From a virus: 64,000 nt of DNA. Where the stretch lies: positions 32,001-96,000 of the IMG/VR virus record IMGVR_UViG_3300045971_000356, one strand, 5' to 3'. Under the pieces are notes generated by a model, which did no database searches, had not been told where the DNA came from, and was given only the letters and a program-made list of their open reading frames with translations. The stretch's first letter is position 1. Every line of letters starts with the position of its first letter. This document shows positions 27,354-37,195 of this stretch, piece after piece. Both the position numbers and the translations under genes were made by a program.

Positions 27354-28053
27354 TATAGCAGCAACTAAACCATCACTTAACAAAATGAACGAAACAATGC
27401 TTTCGAGATTTGGTTTCAAAATTAATTATGACGCAATTACGCTTCCAAAAGCGCAACAAATGCGTTCCAAAATCTACGAAACAGTTTCAAACATTCGTAA
27501 GTCAAGTGCTATCCACACAGCAGAGAAAAACCCACAATATTTAGAAATGCTTATTGTATATGAAGGTTTATCCCGCTGGATTGACGCTTACAAAGGTCAA
27601 CAAGCACGCCGCAAGTTAAAAGAGGGTGAGTTGGGTCAAGCAGAAGCTATTTTAGCAGCTAAAGATATGGTGGACACATGCCAAGACTTTATTGAGAAAG
27701 TTGGCAAGATGCAAAACGAACAATTGCCAGCTTTGATTGACTCAGTTCGTGATCAAATTGGTGCTGCTCAAGCAGACGCATTTAAGAATACAGCTGGTAT
27801 GGCATTGACAACATTGTCGCAGCAACTTGGACAAGCTCGTGAAGCATTAGACGGTGCTTCTCGTGCATTGACTGGTGAGCCACAAGTTGATATGGCTATG
27901 CCAGGCGCTGACCCTACTGGTGGCCTGCCTCCAGCACCAGGTATGGACGATGGAAGCATGGATGATTTAGGTGCTGACATGGCAGCAGACGATTTTGGTG
28001 CAGCTGATGCAGCCGCTGGTGGTCCAGAAGATTTGGGACGCGAGCGTCGTTAA
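27340..28053 (+). CDS. Putative prohead scaffold/core protein
   Basis: Helical; LKEGE; acidic tail ending LGRERR. Confidence 0.5.
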   Translation: MKLTDIAATKPSLNKMNETMLSRFGFKINYDAITLPKAQQMRSKIYETVSNIRKSSAIHTAEKNPQYLEMLIVYEGLSRWIDAYKGQQARRKLKEGELGQAEAILAAKDMVDTCQDFIEKVGKMQNEQLPALIDSVRDQIGAAQADAFKNTAGMALTTLSQQLGQAREALDGASRALTGEPQVDMAMPGADPTGGLPPAPGMDDGSMDDLGADMAADDFGAADAAAGGPEDLGRERR

Positions 28054-28054
28054 T

Positions 28055-28504
28055 ATGAAAATTAAAGAAGTAATCAGCGAAGGGTATTACCCAGACGAAA
28101 GCGATTTTATGGGCGCACCTGGTCAATTTGACGACGATGGCGCAATGCCCGGCGAGCACACTCCAGAAATGGAATTATCGTCCAATGCTGACACTAAGAT
28201 GATCAACGCAGTTAAGCGTGTATGCGACGAATACAAAGGTCAAGGCCACGCTCAAGTTGAAATTTTACCGTTTATCTCCAAAGTGATTGAACTTGCTAAG
28301 AAGCCAGTTAACTTAGCTGACTTGATTGCTATCAACAAAAAGTCTCCAGAGATTCGCAGCATGATTGACAGCATTGATGACAAGAAGATTAAGTTCAAGA
28401 ACATGTCTGTCAAGAACGAAGATCCTAAGGCCCAAGCAGAGAAGAAAGATGCTACTGTAGGTGGCATGGCTGGCAGAGCAGCTAGCCGCAACCGCGGACT
28501 ATAA
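28055..28504 (+). CDS. Hypothetical protein, MKIKEVISE motif
   Basis: N-terminal motif; tail resembles that of the next gene. Confidence 0.55.
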   Translation: MKIKEVISEGYYPDESDFMGAPGQFDDDGAMPGEHTPEMELSSNADTKMINAVKRVCDEYKGQGHAQVEILPFISKVIELAKKPVNLADLIAINKKSPEIRSMIDSIDDKKIKFKNMSVKNEDPKAQAEKKDATVGGMAGRAASRNRGL

Positions 28505-28893
28505 TGCGAGTTAACGAAATCATTCGTGAAGATGTTAGCGCAGAAGAGCAACTTGGTGACTCATCAGTATCCAACTTGATCCCAGTGCTTATGTTCCTGC
28601 GCAAGCGCAGTGAGGACAAAGGTATTACGCCTAAGTTACGCACTAACAGCTTGATTCAACTTGTTCAAAATGCTGGTGACGCATCGTTTAGCTATCCTAC
28701 ACTGGCAGCAGCATACGAAGGAAACGAAGCAGTTAAAGAATTGATTGCGGATTTCAACCAAGACGAGATTACACTTACTACTGATTTGGATTCCGCAGAG
28801 GACGCACATGACGACGCAGAAGAAGGCAAGGAAAGAGACCCACAGCAAGTAGTGGCTAGTATGGCTAAAAAAGCTCGTGATAATAGAGAATAA
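28504..28893 (+). CDS. Hypothetical protein, MRVNEIIRE motif
   Basis: Acidic; ends VASMAKKA. Confidence 0.55.
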   Translation: MRVNEIIREDVSAEEQLGDSSVSNLIPVLMFLRKRSEDKGITPKLRTNSLIQLVQNAGDASFSYPTLAAAYEGNEAVKELIADFNQDEITLTTDLDSAEDAHDDAEEGKERDPQQVVASMAKKARDNRE

Positions 28894-28965
28894 TTGCTCA
28901 AAACTTAAAAAAAAGCAGCCTAAATGGCTGCTTTTTACATTGCATTTAGTATATACTACATAGAT

Positions 28966-29637
28966 ATGAAATTTGATTATAAACCACTAAGCAGAGAAAA
29001 TATAAACGGGAAGCGACATTATTGCACACCAGATGGTATGAAGTTGCCCAGCGTAACTACTATACTTGAGAAAACAAAGTCGCAAGAAAAGATAGAAGCA
29101 CTTAACAACTGGCGTAGACGAGTTGGCCCACAGGCAGCGCAAACTATTACGACAGAAGCAGCAGGCACAGGCACTGTGATGCACAAGATTCTAGAAGAGC
29201 ATTGTTTGGGCAAGTCGAAGCCTCCAGGCACTAACACGGTGCAAAAAATAGCATACCCGATGGCACAAACCATTATTCAAAATGGACTAGTGCACATGAA
29301 TGAGGTATGGGGTAATGAAATCTCCCTGTATTATCCAAGCCTATACGCTGGATCAACTGACTTAGCGGGAGTATGGAAAAACAAAGAGTCCATTCTCGAC
29401 TTCAAACAAACAAATCGGCCTAAGAAATCTGAGTGGATTGACGATTACCGAATCCAATTGTGCGCCTACGCATTGGCGCACAATGAAGTGTATGGAACTA
29501 ACATTAGACAAGGTGTAGTGCTAATGTGCAGCAGAGCATGCGAGTATCAAGAGTTCGTAATTGAAGGATCAGATTTTGATTACTGGGCTGATCAATGGTG
29601 GGACAAGGTCCAAGAATATTACAGCATAAATACTTAA
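28966..29637 (+). CDS. PD-(D/E)XK exonuclease (RecB/Cas4-like, stand-alone)
   Basis: PSVTTIL, GTVMH, E..GSTD..DFKQ, QLCAYA. Confidence 0.8.
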   Translation: MKFDYKPLSRENINGKRHYCTPDGMKLPSVTTILEKTKSQEKIEALNNWRRRVGPQAAQTITTEAAGTGTVMHKILEEHCLGKSKPPGTNTVQKIAYPMAQTIIQNGLVHMNEVWGNEISLYYPSLYAGSTDLAGVWKNKESILDFKQTNRPKKSEWIDDYRIQLCAYALAHNEVYGTNIRQGVVLMCSRACEYQEFVIEGSDFDYWADQWWDKVQEYYSINT

Positions 29638-29657
29638 TATGTCTGAGGTATAACAAA

Positions 29658-31292
29658 TTGGCAATCACACAAATATCCAAAATTAGGGCTCGTAGAGGGC
29701 ATTTAGAAGATCTACCTAGTCCACTGTCGTCAGCTGAATTTGGCTGGGCAATAGATGCACGCCGTTTGTTTATCGGCAATGGCGAACAAGAAGAAGGCGC
29801 TCCGCTTATTGGTAACACTGAGGTTCTGACAGAACACAGTGACATTACAAAACTTAGCGGAATGTATACTTTTACTGGTAGGCTCGCTGGTTACACTGTG
29901 CAAACGGGTGAAGGTGCATTGTCTCCAATGTCCCGCACACTGGGTGACAAGCTGGATGATATCGCTAACTTTAGAGATTTTGGTGGTGTGGGTGATGGCG
30001 TTACTAATGAAGTAAGAGCATTTAACCGCGCTATACAACAGTTACACAAAACAGCAGTGCTTAACATTGAATCTCGTGTTCGCCGCACCTTGCACATACC
30101 TGCTGGTGTTTATATTCTTGGCGATGTAACTAATAGCAGTAGTGGAACTGCTGAAGATTACATTAAGTTACTTCCTTTTGTTAAACTGCGTGGAGATGGC
30201 AAGAACGCGACATTTATTATTCAAGTAAACGCCAACGCTCAGTGCGTAGTGGGTAACACAGATACAGCTCTTTCAACTTATCCTGATTTTATCAGTAATT
30301 ATACATCAATCCCTCACCCAGGTTATAATGAGATCGAAGGTATTACGCTGATTAATGTGACAGCAAATCACGTAACAATGTTTGCTAATGCTACCGACAC
30401 ATTGTTGACACAAGTTAGGATGCAGCACGTTAACTGGAATACTACATTGCCAGTACCACTTGCTACGGATTCAGCAACAGTTAACGCTGAAACCGCGACA
30501 ACTGGTGGTTTAAAAACTTCGTGTATCGCATTGTTTGGTAATGACCCTGCGCTACCATCGCAACTAACATTCCAAAACTGTGAGTTCATTGGCACCACTA
30601 CCGCAATAACATCAGAAGCTGGGGCAGTAGCATCCGTATTATTTGACAACTGTTTCTTTTCTAGGCTGTATCGTGGTTGCTACTTATCGCAAGGTGCAAC
30701 AAAAATCGTTGCATCTAGATTTACCGACATTTCCCATGAAGCAGTTTACTCTCCTGGTGTGCATAGTGTAGTAAGCGCACACAACACATTTACAAATGTT
30801 GGCAACGCATTGTCTGCGACGCCTGTTTACGCAGTATTAGATTTGTGGGGTGACAACTGCTACAGCATTGGTGATGTATTTGACAGAAGTTCTGACGCAG
30901 CAGTGCAAGCAGTTAATTTACGTGGCAAGGCTAGTTTTGCAACATTGCAGAACGGTAGGCTTATGCTTGGTAAACAGCATTACGCTGGTGGCAGGGCAAT
31001 TACGCTCACTGATGGTGTTGTTACCGCGACAGTAGCGGGTGTTATTGGTTATGGCAATCGCCCAACTAAACTTGAATACACGGTGCAGCGCGGAACAGAA
31101 CAACGCACTGGTACGATGCATATAGCACCAGTTGGCACTGCGTTGACATTCTCAGATGATTATGTAGAAACGGACGACATTGGAGTCTCATTGATTCCAA
31201 CACTAACTGGCGGTGCTATTGAGTTAACCTATACAACTTCCAGCACAACAGAAAATGCAACCTTAACTGTAGCAAGCAGAACTTTAACTTAA
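29658..31292 (+). CDS. Tail fibre/spike with Mtd-N-like head and pectate-lyase-type beta-helix
   Basis: TTG start after GAGG; RRG..LP..L...EFGWAID.RRLFIGNG; DFGGVGDGVT; IPAGVY. Confidence 0.7.
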   Translation: MAITQISKIRARRGHLEDLPSPLSSAEFGWAIDARRLFIGNGEQEEGAPLIGNTEVLTEHSDITKLSGMYTFTGRLAGYTVQTGEGALSPMSRTLGDKLDDIANFRDFGGVGDGVTNEVRAFNRAIQQLHKTAVLNIESRVRRTLHIPAGVYILGDVTNSSSGTAEDYIKLLPFVKLRGDGKNATFIIQVNANAQCVVGNTDTALSTYPDFISNYTSIPHPGYNEIEGITLINVTANHVTMFANATDTLLTQVRMQHVNWNTTLPVPLATDSATVNAETATTGGLKTSCIALFGNDPALPSQLTFQNCEFIGTTTAITSEAGAVASVLFDNCFFSRLYRGCYLSQGATKIVASRFTDISHEAVYSPGVHSVVSAHNTFTNVGNALSATPVYAVLDLWGDNCYSIGDVFDRSSDAAVQAVNLRGKASFATLQNGRLMLGKQHYAGGRAITLTDGVVTATVAGVIGYGNRPTKLEYTVQRGTEQRTGTMHIAPVGTALTFSDDYVETDDIGVSLIPTLTGGAIELTYTTSSTTENATLTVASRTLT

Positions 31293-31305
31293 ACTTTAAA
31301 ATTTA

Positions 31306-31755
31306 ATGTGGTATTTAAAACCTGAAGAACGCCTTCACGAGTGGAGGGCTTTCCGCAAACAGCTAGCAGAGCTGTCTTTTGACGACGCAGTCAAACAAAC
31401 TGTAAATCTTTGGAGTTACGCTCCATTTGTTAACCACTACCTTGATCACATCGAGGACAAAGATTGGCCCTCACCTTGGGAATTAGTGGCAGAAAACAAT
31501 TATGATGATATTGCTAAAGCCGCCGGCATGCTTTATACATTATTTTTGTCTGAGCACGGAAAAAACCACTCGTTTTCACTCATCGAAGCCAGGGGAAAAT
31601 CCGGGTTAGACACCTACAATTTAGTCTCGATTGACGATGGAAAATATATACTTAATTTCGCATTCAACGAAGTAATAAGTAATCTATCGCTTGACAAAGA
31701 ATTGGATATCACAAAAGCGCACACAGCAGAAGCACTGCAACTCGACAAATATTAA
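31306..31755 (+). CDS. Hypothetical protein
   Basis: WSYAP..WPSPWELV motif. Confidence 0.55.
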   Translation: MWYLKPEERLHEWRAFRKQLAELSFDDAVKQTVNLWSYAPFVNHYLDHIEDKDWPSPWELVAENNYDDIAKAAGMLYTLFLSEHGKNHSFSLIEARGKSGLDTYNLVSIDDGKYILNFAFNEVISNLSLDKELDITKAHTAEALQLDKY

Positions 31756-31835
31756 AACGGTTAAAAATACACGGGTGGATGGTCTGCCTTTGTAAATAAT
31801 ACACAGTCATCATTAAACAAAAGGAAAATAGAAAA

Positions 31836-33506
31836 ATGGACAATTACAGGAAATACATTCATAAGAGTAGGTACGCTAGGTTTATAGATGAAAAAGCAAG
31901 ACGTGAAAATTGGGAAGAAACGGTGCAACGGTTAGTTGATTTTTATAGTAACAAATTCCCAGATTATGCTTCTGTATTAAGCAATGGTATTCGGTCAAAC
32001 ATTTTAGAAATGGAAGTTATGCCTTCCATGCGTTCGATGATGACTGCTGGTCCAGCGTTAGAGCGCGACAATATTTCTGGTTACAACTGCTCGTATATCG
32101 CAGTGGACAATATCAAATCATTCAGCGAAGCATTATACATTTTGATGAATGGCACGGGCTTAGGTTTTTCCGTTGAGCGTCAATATGTCAACATGTTGCC
32201 AGCAGTGGCAGAAGATTTTTATGATACAGATACGACAATTTTTGTTAAGGACAGTAAATTAGGTTGGGCTACTTCGTTACATGAATTGATTACGCTACTG
32301 TATCAAGGTAAAGTTCCAAAATGGGATCTAACTAAGTTACGTCCAGCCGGTGCACGATTAAAGACCTTCGGCGGCCGTAGCTCAGGTCCAGAGCCATTGA
32401 AGGATTTGTTCTTGTTTGTAGTAGCAGCATTTAAGAAAGCAGCAGGACGCAAACTTAACAGCATTGAGTGCCATGATATCATGTGCAAGATTGGTGCTAT
32501 TGTGGTTGTTGGCGGCGTTCGCCGCTCTGCGTTGATCTCATTGTCCAACTTGTCTGATGAGCGTATGCGAGCTGCTAAAAACGGTCAGTGGTGGGAAGAT
32601 TATGTTCACCGTGCACTGGCTAACAACTCAGTGGCATACACTGAGAAACCAGACATTGGCGTGTTTATGAAAGAGTGGGTATCACTATATGAAAGCAAGT
32701 CTGGTGAGCGTGGTATTTTTAATCGCGTATCAGCAGTTAAGCAAGCTAAGGTAACGGGCCGTCGTGAATACGAAGGCATTGATTTTGGAACTAACCCATG
32801 TGGCGAGATTTTGCTCCGTCCAAATGAGTTTTGTAACTTGAGTGAGATTGTTGCTCGCTCTGGTGACACATTAGACAGGCTTAAAGAGAAGGTCAAGTAT
32901 GCAACTATACTGGGCACATTCCAAGCAACACTGGTTGACTTTAAATACATCCGCAATATTTGGAAAAAGAACTGCGAAGAAGAACGTTTGCTTGGCGTGT
33001 CGCTAACTGGTATTATGGATCACCAAGTGTTAAGTGGTCGCGAAGGTCATGCTAAGTTAGCAGAGTGGTTACTACAGTTGAAACAAGTTGCTATCGACAC
33101 TAACAAAGAGTGGTCAGCAAAACTTGGCATTAACCAGTCAGTGGCTATTACTACTATCAAGCCAAGCGGTTGTCGAACTATCGAATCAAGTATAAAAACC
33201 ACCGCCGGTAATCAGACAATGGTTGAATTAATGGCATTAGCAGGGTATGATATTGATGATTATTTAGATCAAGAGCATGTATGGATTGTACCAAATGATT
33301 TAACTGCTATGCCTCAAGTGTATGACGAAAACAACGAGCTCCAAAACATTACAAAGTTATACATTAACGGATTGTCACCTGTGATAGAAATAGAATTTGA
33401 CGACGGGGCAACTCATAAGTTTACTCCGAATCATAAACTGCTTACACATACTGGCTGGAAACGAGTAGATGAATTGACAGTAGATGATGAGATTGTTTCG
33501 TTCTAA
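31836..33506 (+). CDS. nrdJ: Class II (B12) ribonucleotide reductase N-part fused to split intein IntN
   Basis: PSMRSM, YNCSY, GGVRRSA, GTNPCGEI, FCNLSE, TTIKPSG|C then intein blocks. Confidence 0.9.
   Translation: MDNYRKYIHKSRYARFIDEKARRENWEETVQRLVDFYSNKFPDYASVLSNGIRSNILEMEVMPSMRSMMTAGPALERDNISGYNCSYIAVDNIKSFSEALYILMNGTGLGFSVERQYVNMLPAVAEDFYDTDTTIFVKDSKLGWATSLHELITLLYQGKVPKWDLTKLRPAGARLKTFGGRSSGPEPLKDLFLFVVAAFKKAAGRKLNSIECHDIMCKIGAIVVVGGVRRSALISLSNLSDERMRAAKNGQWWEDYVHRALANNSVAYTEKPDIGVFMKEWVSLYESKSGERGIFNRVSAVKQAKVTGRREYEGIDFGTNPCGEILLRPNEFCNLSEIVARSGDTLDRLKEKVKYATILGTFQATLVDFKYIRNIWKKNCEEERLLGVSLTGIMDHQVLSGREGHAKLAEWLLQLKQVAIDTNKEWSAKLGINQSVAITTIKPSGCRTIESSIKTTAGNQTMVELMALAGYDIDDYLDQEHVWIVPNDLTAMPQVYDENNELQNITKLYINGLSPVIEIEFDDGATHKFTPNHKLLTHTGWKRVDELTVDDEIVSF
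33171..33503 (+). mobile_element. Split intein IntN (111 aa)
   Basis: Starts at Cys after KPSG; block B FTPNHKLLT..GWKRVDEL..DDEI then stop. Confidence 0.9.
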
Positions 33507-33556
33507 TAGATAATCACTGCTATAAGCTAACTGGCATAAATAATATAGTAGGCTTA

Positions 33557-34627
33557 ATGGAGGTGAATAAAATGGCAGGGATAGGCAGAGATGAATATAT
33601 CCGAAGACACGGAGTTCAAGCTTGGGAAGAATATAAGGAGAGCAAACGGTCTACATTAGAGAAGAGCATAGCCAAATATGGAGTTGAAGAAGGAACATTA
33701 CGTTATAATGAATCAACCGCAAAGAAAGCAGTAACCCTTAAGAATCAAATAGCAAAGTATGGTATTGAAGAAGGATCGCTGCGGTATAAACAACGCATTG
33801 AAAAAGATAAAACAAAAGGTACGCTGAAAGGATATATCGATAGATATGGAGAAGAGTTAGGCCCCCAAAAATACCTGGAGAAAAATTCAAAATTGTCAGT
33901 CGGGATAGATTCATTGAAGAGCAAAGGATTTAGCGATGAAGAGATAGTTCGAATTAAGGAAATCCACGTAAGAAAAAGCACTATGACTCTTGAAAATCAA
34001 ATTGAACGGTACGGAGTTGAAGATGGAACTATACGCTATCAAAAATGGTTATCTAATAGCAGAATACGATCGCACAGAACAGTTGACTTCTGGATTGCAC
34101 GTGGCTACACTGAACAAGAAGCTAACCAAGCAATAAGTGAATTACAAGATAATACATCGCTTAAAAAGTTTATTGCTCGGTATGGACAAGAAGTTGGATT
34201 ATTAGAATATTTGGCACTTAATGCTAAAAGGACGGAATATTTACGGATAACTAAAAATTCTGTGTCAAAATTAGAGAATCGGTTCTTTGAGGAGTTAGCA
34301 AAAATAACTACATTAGATTTGGAAAAAGGCAAAACAAGTAGAATAGTAATAAATCATAAAGTTTATTTTTGTGATTATATTGATGTTAAAAAAAATAGAG
34401 TTATTGAAGTGAATGGCGTGTTTTGGCATATGAAGCCAGGCAAGTTCAAAAGTATAGAGGTTAACCCTGTTACAAAAAGATTGGCATCAGATATTTGGGA
34501 ATATGATCAGACAAAGATAGAGAAATTAAAAATTGCTGGATTTGAAACATTAGTAGTATGGGAAGATGATATTAACCGGAATTTAGAGGAACAGCTTTTA
34601 GTAGCAAAGAAATTTTTAGAGGAATGA
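33557..34627 (+). CDS. Free-standing Vsr-like homing endonuclease with tandem YGxEEG repeats
   Basis: About six I-x-K/R-YG-x-E-x-G repeats; SKLE..CDY..IEVNGVFWH..VVWEDD. Confidence 0.75.
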   Translation: MEVNKMAGIGRDEYIRRHGVQAWEEYKESKRSTLEKSIAKYGVEEGTLRYNESTAKKAVTLKNQIAKYGIEEGSLRYKQRIEKDKTKGTLKGYIDRYGEELGPQKYLEKNSKLSVGIDSLKSKGFSDEEIVRIKEIHVRKSTMTLENQIERYGVEDGTIRYQKWLSNSRIRSHRTVDFWIARGYTEQEANQAISELQDNTSLKKFIARYGQEVGLLEYLALNAKRTEYLRITKNSVSKLENRFFEELAKITTLDLEKGKTSRIVINHKVYFCDYIDVKKNRVIEVNGVFWHMKPGKFKSIEVNPVTKRLASDIWEYDQTKIEKLKIAGFETLVVWEDDINRNLEEQLLVAKKFLEE

Positions 34628-35283
34628 AAATGAAAATTAAGAAAATAACAAAGTTAGCACCAGAAATCACAGTGGATATTGAGGTAGCAAACACTCACTC
34701 ATATCAACTAGACAATGGTGTAGTATCACATAACACAGTTTCACAGTTAGTCGATTCAGCGTCTGGCATCCACGCACGTTACTCGCAATACTACATTCGC
34801 ACAGTGCGTCAAGACAAGAAAGATCCGTTGGGACAGTTTTTGAAAGACGCAGGTATTCCATGTGAAGATGACGTTACTAAGCCCGAGGCAACATGGGTGT
34901 TTAGTTTCCCACAAAAAGCGCCTGAAACAGCAGTTTTCCGTAACGATATGACAGCAATCGAGCAATTAGAACACTATATGGTGTTTAAAAAGAACTGGTG
35001 TGAACACAACCCATCTATTACAGTGTATGTGAGAGAAAACGAATGGTTAGAAGTTGGTTCATGGGTTTACAAAAACTTTGATGACATTGGTGGTGTTTCG
35101 TTCTTGCCACACAGCGACCACTCATACCGTCAAGCACCGTATCAAGAAGTGGACAAGGCAACATACGAGGCATTGCTTGCCAAGATGCCTAATATCGATT
35201 GGGACTCATTTGCAGAAGTCACCGACAATGTCGAAGGTGCACAAACTCTTGCTTGCTCCGCTGGCGGCTGCGAAATTTTATAA
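34624..35283 (+). CDS. nrdJ: Split intein IntC (37 aa) fused to NrdJ C-part
   Basis: VDIEVANTHSYQLDNGVVSHN|TVSQL restores KPSGTVS; WCEHNPSIT; C-terminal CSAGGC. Confidence 0.9.
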   Translation: MKMKIKKITKLAPEITVDIEVANTHSYQLDNGVVSHNTVSQLVDSASGIHARYSQYYIRTVRQDKKDPLGQFLKDAGIPCEDDVTKPEATWVFSFPQKAPETAVFRNDMTAIEQLEHYMVFKKNWCEHNPSITVYVRENEWLEVGSWVYKNFDDIGGVSFLPHSDHSYRQAPYQEVDKATYEALLAKMPNIDWDSFAEVTDNVEGAQTLACSAGGCEIL

Positions 35284-35357
35284 AGGGCAAGGTATGATCA
35301 ACATTTACTTGATTTGGCAGACCCTGACTATGAATGTTAACGTAGAGCGTAGCAAAT

Positions 35358-35951
35358 ATGAAGATTAACGAAATTGAATTAGTTGGTGATCAAGATTTTC
35401 CGCTTGCAACAGCCGAACATTATTTGTCACTTGCTAGGCCAAACGGTACATTTGGTGATTTCGTTGTTTACTATGCTGAATTTGACGATGCTAGGGTAGT
35501 AATTTTTGTTGACGATAAAAAACAAGTAGCTGCATACGCTGGGTTCTACTCTAGGTTAAATGGAAAAGTTTGGATGGCTAGGCATGCGCAAACGTATGAC
35601 CCGCATAAAGGTAAAAATTTAATGGGGCAACTTTATAAATATGTCAAGGAAACGCTAAGAAAATCAATTCAAAGCGACATATTTCAGACTTATGCCGGTA
35701 AAAAAATGTGGACAGTAACGTTGCCAGCACTGGGATTAAAACCAATGATTTTTGACACTCAAACTGAACATATTATTGATCCTATAACATCCAGCATCAA
35801 CGTTTATCCGGGAGATAAAGATCCAGACGTTCATCGATATTGTTGGATATTAGAAAAATATGATCATTACCCGGATCAGAACATATTACGAGAGAATTCA
35901 ATATTGACACCATATACTGGAATATGGTATACTAACAACAAAGGAAAATAA
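35358..35951 (+). CDS. GNAT-like protein, MKINEI motif
   Basis: HKGKNLMGQLY..SDIFQTYAGKKMW. Confidence 0.55.
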   Translation: MKINEIELVGDQDFPLATAEHYLSLARPNGTFGDFVVYYAEFDDARVVIFVDDKKQVAAYAGFYSRLNGKVWMARHAQTYDPHKGKNLMGQLYKYVKETLRKSIQSDIFQTYAGKKMWTVTLPALGLKPMIFDTQTEHIIDPITSSINVYPGDKDPDVHRYCWILEKYDHYPDQNILRENSILTPYTGIWYTNNKGK

Positions 35952-35952
35952 A

Positions 35953-36234
35953 ATGTTAACAATCTACTCTAAAAACAACTGCTCTTACTGTGTTCAAGCA
36001 AAAGACTTTCTTACAAGTCGTGGTGTTGCGTTCACTGAGGTAAAAATTGATGAAGATGCGGAAGCAAAAAACTTTATTATTAGCGAGGGGCATCGCACGG
36101 TGCCACAGATTTACAATGGTAAGACATTGTTTGCACCAGGTGGGTTTATGGGATTGTTAAGCGTAACGCCAGAAGCATTTGCTGCGTTACAAGCAGAAAA
36201 ATATTCTGTGTTGAGCGAAGAGTTTAGTCATTAA
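35953..36234 (+). CDS. Glutaredoxin
   Basis: CSYC, RTVPQI, GG. Confidence 0.85.
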   Translation: MLTIYSKNNCSYCVQAKDFLTSRGVAFTEVKIDEDAEAKNFIISEGHRTVPQIYNGKTLFAPGGFMGLLSVTPEAFAALQAEKYSVLSEEFSH

Positions 36235-36235
36235 T

Positions 36236-36859
36236 ATGGAATGGACTACTGACCCAAGGTTAAATTTTGCAAATACATTTCTGGCAGAAATGCCAGAAGG
36301 TATAGGGAAGACTGAGTTAGTAGATAAAATTGAATATTTTATTAAAGATTATAAAAAAGAATATCCTGTAATTACATTACCAAATGGATTAAAAAAAATC
36401 GACGGGCAGCAAGTAATGTTTTATTGGTTTGAAGATAACTATGGCAAGATGTCTATAGGTGTGGAACTAGAAAAATCACCATTTGCTGCTATTGTTCGAT
36501 CGATTGGTAAATTTAATAAAGGCAGGCCACCGTTTGCTTCAGATTTGTATGCTGCTATAATATCTGATCTGCATGGATCATTGAGACTAACAAGCGATGT
36601 TCAATTGTCTGATGAGGGACTAGGAATATGGAAGCGATTACTTGGAAATGGGTTTAAGGTTGGCGTGTATGATTCTCAAGAACCGGGCAAAACATTTACC
36701 CAAGTTTCAACACCTGAGGAACTAGAAAAATTTTATAAATTTGACAATACGTCATATAGACGATATCAATATGTTATATCTGAAAGTTTCCACGGCATTG
36801 AGGTAAAACACTTATTTGAATTTAGACGATTCAGAGAATTAACTCCAAAATTATTATAA
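36236..36859 (+). CDS. Degenerate GNAT-like protein
   Basis: ASDLY..SDVQLSDEGLGIWKRL resembles the GNAT C-terminal motif of 35358 and 24572. Confidence 0.45.
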   Translation: MEWTTDPRLNFANTFLAEMPEGIGKTELVDKIEYFIKDYKKEYPVITLPNGLKKIDGQQVMFYWFEDNYGKMSIGVELEKSPFAAIVRSIGKFNKGRPPFASDLYAAIISDLHGSLRLTSDVQLSDEGLGIWKRLLGNGFKVGVYDSQEPGKTFTQVSTPEELEKFYKFDNTSYRRYQYVISESFHGIEVKHLFEFRRFRELTPKLL

Positions 36860-36868
36860 AGGAACAAA

Positions 36869-37195
36869 ATGTTAGTAAGTAAAAAATTCGAGTCAGGCAC
36901 TGAACCAGGCACTGTACTGTCGTTGAAATTAGTAAACGGCGATGAATTAGTCGTTAAGTTGAGTAATGAGACAACAAGTAGTTATGAAGTTACTGGGCCA
37001 ATGACAGTGTTGCCAACACAAACTGGTGTTAAGTTAATTAACGCTATGTTTACAGTAGAGCCTGGCAAAGATTTTTCAATATCAAAAGATCATGTCATGA
37101 TGGCTCACCCGGCAGCAGAGCCTGTTGCGGATCACTATCGTGAAATTACCACAGGAATTAAAACTGTGCGTAATGAGAGTCGGATTATCGTATAA
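36869..37195 (+). CDS. Small beta-barrel (Sm-like) phage protein
   Basis: LKLVNGDELV..P..Y...TTGI. Confidence 0.55.
   Translation: MLVSKKFESGTEPGTVLSLKLVNGDELVVKLSNETTSSYEVTGPMTVLPTQTGVKLINAMFTVEPGKDFSISKDHVMMAHPAAEPVADHYREITTGIKTVRNESRIIV

Noticed and set aside
28966-29637. Cas4-like nuclease suggesting a CRISPR locus
   Set aside because: No repeat-spacer array or other cas genes seen; stand-alone RecB-family nucleases are routine in phages.
33504-34623. Group I intron interrupting nrdJ
   Set aside because: The junctions carry intein motifs and only about 50 nt of non-coding DNA, leaving no room for a ribozyme core.
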